A stretch of DNA of 64,000 nt. Source: Acidobacteriota bacterium (GTDB lineage: Bacteria; Acidobacteriota; Blastocatellia; HR10). The position numbers were made by a program, and so were the translations under genes. Positions 58,428 to 64,000 of this stretch are shown piece by piece. The notes under the pieces were generated by a model. The model was not told the DNA's origin, ran no database searches, and saw nothing but the letters and a program-made list of their open reading frames with translations. The stretch covers positions 138,857 to 202,856 of the forward strand of contig JAUQQC010000005.1 of assembly GCA_030550025.1 (NCBI GenBank). Reading direction: 5' to 3'. Each line of letters starts with the position of its first letter. The stretch's first letter is position 1.

Positions 58428-59532
58428 GGCGCTCCTCCACACGCTCGACGGGACGATAGAGCGTGTCGCGCTGCTGCGGACGGAATCCGGCATCGGTGAT
58501 CAAGCGACGGATCTCGGCTTCGCTCACGGAGATGCGCAGCACGCCCGCGGCCGTGACGACGTTCTCCTCGATGATCGTGCTTCCGAAATCATCCGCGCCG
58601 AACCGCAATCCAACCTGCGCGACCTTCAGGCCTTGCGTCAGCCAGGAGACCTGCAGATGGTCCACATTATCAAGGTACAGGCGCGAGACGGCAAGCAGCT
58701 TCAAATACTCCACGGCCGTCGCCTCCAACCATCCCCCTTTACCCAACTCGGTGTTCTCCGGCTGATACGTCCAAGGGATGAAGGCCGTGAAGCCGCCCGT
58801 CTCGTCCTGCAGCGCGCGAATGCGTTCCAGATGCTGGGCGCGATGCCAGAGCGATTCCCCGAATCCGATGACCATCGTCGCCGTCGTCGGCAAGCCCTCC
58901 TCATGAGCGATGCGCATGACGGTGAGCCACTCCTCGGCCGTCGTCTTCCGACCAATCCGACGACGAATCTCATCGTCCAGGATCTCCCCCCCACCGCCTG
59001 GGATCGAACCCAAGCCCGCCGCCTTCAATCGGCGGATGACCTCGCGGATGGAGAGCTTAGAGACACGCGCAATATGCACGATCTCCGTCGGAGAGAAGCA
59101 ATGCAGGTGAATCCGATATCGCTCTTTGATCGCCCGCAGGAGGTTCTCGTAGTAGTCGATCTTCAAATACGGGTTCAACCCCCCTTGCATCAAAATGCCC
59201 GTTCCGCCCAAGGCGATCGTCTCCTCGATCTTCCGAAACAGCTCCTCCAGCGGCAGCACATATCCCTCGAGCGAACCCGGCGGCCGATAGAACGCGCAGA
59301 AGTGGCAGTATTGAACGCAGATGTTCGTATAGTTCACGTTGCGATCAATGATGTAGGTGACCACGCCGCTGGGATGTTTCCGCCGTCGGACGAGATCCGC
59401 CGCCATGCCGAGCGCGATCACATCATCCGATTCCAAGAGCCGGACGGCGTCCTCCATCGCGAGACGCTCGCCCGAGAGCGCCTTCTCCAAGATTGGGCGA
59501 ATCTTCCGCGATGCCTTCCACAGATCGCCCAT
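58408..59532 (-). CDS. radical SAM enzyme of the MqnC/MqnE/CofH family (futalosine-pathway type)
   Basis: ORF track 374 aa. Radical SAM cluster motif NYTNICVQYCHFCAF (CxxxCxxC). Cannot separate MqnC, MqnE and CofH by eye. Confidence 0.7.
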   Translation of the reverse strand: MGDLWKASRKIRPILEKALSGERLAMEDAVRLLESDDVIALGMAADLVRRRKHPSGVVTYIIDRNVNYTNICVQYCHFCAFYRPPGSLEGYVLPLEELFRKIEETIALGGTGILMQGGLNPYLKIDYYENLLRAIKERYRIHLHCFSPTEIVHIARVSKLSIREVIRRLKAAGLGSIPGGGGEILDDEIRRRIGRKTTAEEWLTVMRIAHEEGLPTTATMVIGFGESLWHRAQHLERIRALQDETGGFTAFIPWTYQPENTELGKGGWLEATAVEYLKLLAVSRLYLDNVDHLQVSWLTQGLKVAQVGLRFGADDFGSTIIEENVVTAAGVLRISVSEAEIRRLITDAGFRPQQRDTLYRPVERVEERLANPTR

Positions 59533-59595
59533 CGCTCTCCCTCCGAATAGGCCATTACCTTACGGCATCCGCGCGCTCCCCGTCAACGGCGCATC

Positions 59596-60753
59596 TCATC
59601 GGACGGGGATGTAATCGAGCAGGCCCACGTCCCAATAGGTGCGATATTCCCCCGCCTCATAGAGGCGGACGAACTCGTTCATCCGTTGCAGCAGCGTCGT
59701 GATGAAATACCCGGGCAGCGCCTCCGGATGCGGGAATCCATACCCCACGTAGCTCCGGATGATGAGGCTACGCTCAGTTCGGGGTAGCGCTTTCACGTTC
59801 TCGGCGAACGCCGCGAACGCGTCGTTCTGAAGCAGATAGTATTCGACGTTCGAGACGTAGAAGACCGAGACCGTCTCGCCCAAGCGGCGCACGTAATCCC
59901 CAATCGCCCGCAGCGCCTTCGGACCGGCGAAGTCTCCCGTCACCGGGATGATGCGATCCTGCTCGTGCAACTGCTTGAGGAATTGGAAGCGCTCCTCCGT
60001 GGCGAGGAAGTTGCGCGGCCGTCCCCTCAAATCGGTCTCCAGAAGGAGCTGCCGCAGCGTGGGGAATTGCCGCCAGGAGCGGCGGAAATGAGTCTCATAG
60101 CGGATGTCGAGTCCATCTTCGTAGAAGTTCCGCGCCATCTCCTCGATGCGTCCCCGATCTTCCGGAGTCAGGGGCACACCGAATTGCCGCTCGATCAACG
60201 CATACGCGCGCTCCAATGTCATCCGGAAGTAACTCGGATCCGGTGGCGTCGCGTCCATCAGCTGGACGAGATCGGCGATCGAGGCTTGCGTCCATCGCTC
60301 CGCGCTCTCGCGCAGCGGTCGGCCAAGCCACAGCGCCAAATACTCGGCGCGAGTGCGGGCCAGCGCGAAAAGAGCTTTGTAGAAGAGATGCTGCAGCCGA
60401 TTATCGCGCCGGATGTCCAGGATGAATGCGTAGCTCGGACGGACGGCCGCGATGTAGGTGAAATTTTGCTCGGGACCGACGCCGATATATACCCCTCCGC
60501 GCACGTTCAGCTCGTCGAGCTTCTGCAGGACCTTCTGATAGCCCAGTTCGTTCGAGACCAAGTTATCGCTGGGGAAGTACCCGCCTTCTTCCGAGAGCTG
60601 CGCGATGAGCTGAGCGAACGCGGGGACGCGCGGGCGAACGGCGACGCGAGGCGTGCAAGCCGCCAGCAACAGAAGCAGCGAGAGCAAGACGCCGAAGACT
60701 CGACGAGGTCGCCCGATGGCGAAATGTCCGCGATCGGATGCGCACGTCATCAT
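59596..60753 (-). CDS. hypothetical lipoprotein
   Basis: ORF track 385 aa. Signal peptide with lipobox-like LLLLAACTP; no family recognised; start uncertain. Confidence 0.5.
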   Translation of the reverse strand: MMTCASDRGHFAIGRPRRVFGVLLSLLLLLAACTPRVAVRPRVPAFAQLIAQLSEEGGYFPSDNLVSNELGYQKVLQKLDELNVRGGVYIGVGPEQNFTYIAAVRPSYAFILDIRRDNRLQHLFYKALFALARTRAEYLALWLGRPLRESAERWTQASIADLVQLMDATPPDPSYFRMTLERAYALIERQFGVPLTPEDRGRIEEMARNFYEDGLDIRYETHFRRSWRQFPTLRQLLLETDLRGRPRNFLATEERFQFLKQLHEQDRIIPVTGDFAGPKALRAIGDYVRRLGETVSVFYVSNVEYYLLQNDAFAAFAENVKALPRTERSLIIRSYVGYGFPHPEALPGYFITTLLQRMNEFVRLYEAGEYRTYWDVGLLDYIPVR

Positions 60754-60838
60754 GCCAAAGAATCTATCCGGGGCGCGCCTTTAGAGCAAGGGAGTCCCGG
60801 ACATGCGCCCCATCTTCGAGCGTCGCGTTCCAGGGCGC

Positions 60839-61870
60839 TCACATCGGCGCCATCTCTTGCTCCGCCCTCTTGACCAAGGCTGCGATCTCGCGCACCTGTT
60901 CGACGAGCTCGCGGAACATGGGAAGGGTGAGCGACTGCGGTCCATCCGAGAGTGCGCGATCGGGATCCGGATGCACCTCGATCATGAGCCCATCGGCGCC
61001 AACGGCGACGCCTGCGCGCGCGAGGGGGATCACCTTATCTCGACGTCCCGTCCCGTGGCTGGGGTCCACGATGATGGGGAGATGGCTGACGCGCCGCACA
61101 GCGGGCACGATCGAGAGATCGAGCGTATTGCGCGTGTGTTGCGCGAATGTGCGTACGCCGCGTTCGCAGAGGATGACGTTGTAGTTGCCCTCGGCCATGA
61201 TGTATTCAGCGGCCAACAACAATTCCTCCAGCGTCGCCGACATCCCTCGCTTCAGGAGGACGGGAATGCGCGCCTGCCCGGCCCGACGCAGCAGGCTGAA
61301 GTTCTGCATGTTGCGCGCGCCGATCTGCATGATGTCGGCGTACCGCTCGACCAAATCCGCGCTCTCGTGATCAATGGCCTCGGTCACGATCTTCAAGCCG
61401 AAGCGGGCGCGCACCTCGGCCAGGATCTTCAACCCTTCTTCGCCGAGCCCCTGGAACGAATACGGCGACGTGCGCGGCTTATATGCCCCACCGCGAAAGA
61501 ACTTCACGCCGAGCCGACTCACCCACTCGGCGACCGTCATCGTTTGCTCGTAGCTCTCGACGGCGCACGGCCCAGCGATGATGGCCAGCTCATCGCCGCC
61601 GATCGTCGCCTCTCCCACGCGCACGATGGTCTTCTCGAGTTTGATCTCGCGGCTGACGAGCTTATACGGTTTGGAGACAGGCACGGCCTCGATGACGCCG
61701 GGCATCCCTTCGAATAATCCCGGATCGAGTGGACCCGGATTGCCGGTGATCCCAATGGCCGTGCGCTGCGCGCCCGGGATGACGTGAGCGCGAAACCCCA
61801 ACTGCTCGACCTTTCGGACGACCGCCGCGATCTGCTCATCGGTCGCCCCTGCCTGCATGACGACGAGCAT
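60839..61870 (-). CDS. aroG: 3-deoxy-7-phosphoheptulonate (DAHP) synthase, type I-beta with N-terminal ferredoxin-like regulatory domain
   Basis: Start placed at [13 protein letters not shown] (Met59 of track ORF 60839..62044). 343 aa. Regulatory domain then KPYKLVSRE...[21 protein letters not shown]...[10 protein letters not shown]...[12 protein letters not shown], closely resembling the Thermotoga-type enzyme as I recall it. Confidence 0.85.
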   Translation of the reverse strand: MLVVMQAGATDEQIAAVVRKVEQLGFRAHVIPGAQRTAIGITGNPGPLDPGLFEGMPGVIEAVPVSKPYKLVSREIKLEKTIVRVGEATIGGDELAIIAGPCAVESYEQTMTVAEWVSRLGVKFFRGGAYKPRTSPYSFQGLGEEGLKILAEVRARFGLKIVTEAIDHESADLVERYADIMQIGARNMQNFSLLRRAGQARIPVLLKRGMSATLEELLLAAEYIMAEGNYNVILCERGVRTFAQHTRNTLDLSIVPAVRRVSHLPIIVDPSHGTGRRDKVIPLARAGVAVGADGLMIEVHPDPDRALSDGPQSLTLPMFRELVEQVREIAALVKRAEQEMAPM

Positions 61871-61913
61871 CGCCAACTCTCCCCTCGTCTCTTCGCGCGC
61901 TTCGAAATGTCCG

Positions 61914-62354
61914 CTATTGCGACGACGCGCCTTCGGAAGGCGACGCCGACTCGTCGGCGCTCGGGGTCGGCTCCTCGACCGCCGATTCGGACGCGAGCCA
62001 GGATTCCCCACGCGCTCGCTTCTCCTCGTAGAGGAGATCATCAATGCGCGCCGCGCGCGCGATCGTCTCGTCGTAGTGGAAGACCAACTCGGGGATCGTC
62101 TTCAGATGGAGACGCGGATAGAGCTGCCGCCGAATGAACGCGGCGGCGTGATTGAGCCGCTCAACGGTCTGCCGGGACTCCTCGGGCGTCCCGAGCGTGC
62201 TCACGTAGACCTTCGCATGGCGGAGATCACGGCTCACCTTCACATGGGTGATCGTGACTAGGCCGAGCTGCGGATCCTTCAGCTCATAGCCGATAATCTG
62301 ACTCAACTCCTCCCTGAGCAGCTCGCCGATGCGTTCCGGGCGATAGCGTTTCAT
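61914..62354 (-). CDS. rbfA: ribosome-binding factor A
   Basis: ORF track 146 aa. [17 protein letters not shown]...[22 protein letters not shown] typical of RbfA, with acidic C-terminal tail. Immediately downstream of infB. Confidence 0.85.
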   Translation of the reverse strand: MKRYRPERIGELLREELSQIIGYELKDPQLGLVTITHVKVSRDLRHAKVYVSTLGTPEESRQTVERLNHAAAFIRRQLYPRLHLKTIPELVFHYDETIARAARIDDLLYEEKRARGESWLASESAVEEPTPSADESASPSEGASSQ

Positions 62355-62365
62355 ACCCCCTCCCG

Positions 62366-64000
62366 TCAGAGCGTGGGCGCGACCTTCTCGATCACATAGG
62401 CCTCGATCACGTCACCCTCTTTGATGTCATTGAATCGCTCTAGCCCGACGCCGCACTCGAAGCCCTCCTTCACCTCGGTCACGTCCTCCTTGAAGCGACG
62501 AAGCGAGGCGATCGTTCCCTCGTAGACGACCACATGATCGCGAATGACGCGGGCGTTGGCGTTGCGCCGGAGGACGCCGCTCTGAACGAAACATCCGGCG
62601 ACATTGCCGACTTTGGCGATGCGGAAGACTTGTCGCACCTCGGCGCGCCCGAGGATCACCTCCTTCTCCACCGGCGCGAGCAACCCGAGCATCGCGTTGC
62701 GGATGTCCTCCTCGACCTTGTAAATGACCGAGTAGAGGCGGATCTCCACGCCCTCCTGCTCGGCGACCTCCCTCGCGCGCGGTTCCGGACGGACGTTGAA
62801 GCCCACAATCAGCGCCGAGCGATGCATATCGCGGGAAGCCGCCGCGAGCAAGACATCCGATTCGGTGATCGCGCCGACGCCCGCGCGGATGATATTGATC
62901 TTGACCTTCTCGCTGGGGAGTTTCTCCAGCGTCTGCCGCAAGGCTTCGAGCGATCCCTGCACGTCGGCCTTCAGGATGATCTGCAACTCCTTGACCTCGC
63001 CCGCTTGCAGCCGCTGATAGAGCTGCTCAAGCGGCGTCACCGCGGCCGCACGCGCTCGGGCTTGTCGCAGCTCCAGCTGTCGCGCCGAGGCGATGCGCTC
63101 GGCCGTCGCCTGATCTTCGACGACCATCAGCTTATCGCCCGCTTGCGGGACGGCCTCCAATCCCAAGACCTCCACCGGACGCGACGGTCCCGCCTCCGAC
63201 ACCATCCGTCCGCGATCATCCACAAGCGCGCGCACGCGCCCATACGTCGCGCCGACGACGAACCAATCGCCCACGCGCAACGTCCCTTGCTGCACAAGGA
63301 CCGTGGCCACCGGACCGCGCCCGCGATCGAGCTTCGCTTCCAAGACCGTGCCTATCGCCTTGCGATGCGGATTCGCCTTCAGCTCCAACAAATCCGCCGT
63401 GAGAATGATCATCTCCAAAAGGGCGTCGAGATTGATCCGACGCTTCGCTGAGACTTCGACCATAACCGTATCGCCGCCCCAACCGTCCCACAGCAGTCCA
63501 TGCTCGGCGAGCGCTTTCTTCACCCGCTCGGGATTGGCTTCGGGCTTGTCGATCTTATTGATGGCGACGAGGATGGGCACGCGCGCAGCCCGAGCGTGCT
63601 CAATCGCTTCGATCGTCTGCGGCATAACGCCGTCATCGGCGGCGACCACCAGCACGACGATGTCCGTCACCTGCGCACCACGGGCGCGCATCATGGTGAA
63701 CGCCTCATGCCCGGGGGTATCCAGGAAGACGATCTCCCGCTGCCGGGTGGGATCATCGGGATCGGGCACGGAGACGACATACGCGCCGATGTGTTGAGTG
63801 ATGCCGCCGGCTTCTTGTTCGGCCACGCGCGTCTGTCGGATGGCATCCAGTAGCGTCGTCTTTCCATGATCCACATGCCCCATGACCGTGACGACCGGCG
63901 CTCGCGGGACGAGGACCTCTTCCTCACCCGACTGGATGAGGCGCTCCAGCTCCTGCTCCTCGATCAGCTCCTCAAAGGAAGTGAAGGAGACGTCGTAGCC
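62366..64000 (-). CDS. infB: translation initiation factor IF-2 (C-terminal ~540 codons; N-terminus outside window)
   Basis: Track ORF starts at [13 protein letters not shown] (G1 motif), but the same frame stays open upstream to the window edge (...[24 protein letters not shown]). G domain motifs DTPGHEAF and NKIDK, then IF-2 C-terminal domains. Confidence 0.85.
   Translation of the reverse strand, partial: GYDVSFTSFEELIEEQELERLIQSGEEEVLVPRAPVVTVMGHVDHGKTTLLDAIRQTRVAEQEAGGITQHIGAYVVSVPDPDDPTRQREIVFLDTPGHEAFTMMRARGAQVTDIVVLVVAADDGVMPQTIEAIEHARAARVPILVAINKIDKPEANPERVKKALAEHGLLWDGWGGDTVMVEVSAKRRINLDALLEMIILTADLLELKANPHRKAIGTVLEAKLDRGRGPVATVLVQQGTLRVGDWFVVGATYGRVRALVDDRGRMVSEAGPSRPVEVLGLEAVPQAGDKLMVVEDQATAERIASARQLELRQARARAAAVTPLEQLYQRLQAGEVKELQIILKADVQGSLEALRQTLEKLPSEKVKINIIRAGVGAITESDVLLAAASRDMHRSALIVGFNVRPEPRAREVAEQEGVEIRLYSVIYKVEEDIRNAMLGLLAPVEKEVILGRAEVRQVFRIAKVGNVAGCFVQSGVLRRNANARVIRDHVVVYEGTIASLRRFKEDVTEVKEGFECGVGLERFNDIKEGDVIEAYVIEKVAPTL

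Noticed and set aside
58357-59550. 397-aa ORF on the plus strand
   Set aside because: Antisense to the radical SAM gene, which has a CxxxCxxC cluster motif.
62366-63883. Track start of the IF-2 ORF at [10 protein letters not shown]
   Set aside because: This Met is inside the G domain; the frame stays open upstream to the window edge with IF-2-like sequence, so the gene is 5'-truncated by the window rather than starting here.

Overview
High-GC (roughly 65-70%), gene-dense bacterial chromosomal segment with genes on both strands, GGAGG-type ribosome-binding sites and many ATGA/GTGA start-stop overlaps. I found no rRNA, tRNA, CRISPR array, transposase or integrase. All calls rest on reading the six-frame translations and the sequence by eye; no database search or RNA-structure computation was run, so family names are recognition from memory and start codons are inferred. 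Content in order: a non-canonical System I cytochrome c maturation locus (ccmF, ccmH-like, two embedded membrane proteins sharing a SHOCT-like tail, ccmE with CxxxY in place of HxxxY, 5' part of ccmA); myo-inositol-1-phosphate synthase; an RluD-type pseudouridine synthase; potABCD with PotC and PotD fused in frame; a GmhA-like SIS isomerase; a cobalamin-riboswitch-led operon (BtuF/C/D-like importer plus TonB-dependent receptor); mreB; ruvC followed by an orphan nuoI; a DRG-like GTPase; a class V aminotransferase; a ~15 kb Wzx/Wzy-type glycan locus (TPR protein, O-antigen-ligase-family protein, gmd, a truncated epimerase remnant, FemAB-like and hexapeptide acyltransferases, flippase, an anion transporter, five glycosyltransferases); leuCD; a truncated atp module (atpI-like, atpB, atpE, then a hairpin); a rhodanese; a ketoacyl-ACP-synthase / methyltransferase / FAD-oxidoreductase cassette; a class I aminotransferase coupled to a Lon-like protease; hemX-like, hemA, hemC; an AzgA-type purine permease divergent from a formamidase-family protein; a DegT aminotransferase; an MqnC/MqnE-family radical SAM enzyme; a lipoprotein; DAHP synthase; rbfA; and the 3' part of infB. 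No clear-cut defence island or mobile system is present. The best candidates for undescribed biology are the SHOCT-motif membrane-protein pair inside the ccm operon together with the CxxxY CcmE, the KAS-methyltransferase-FAD cassette, and the composition of the glycan locus.
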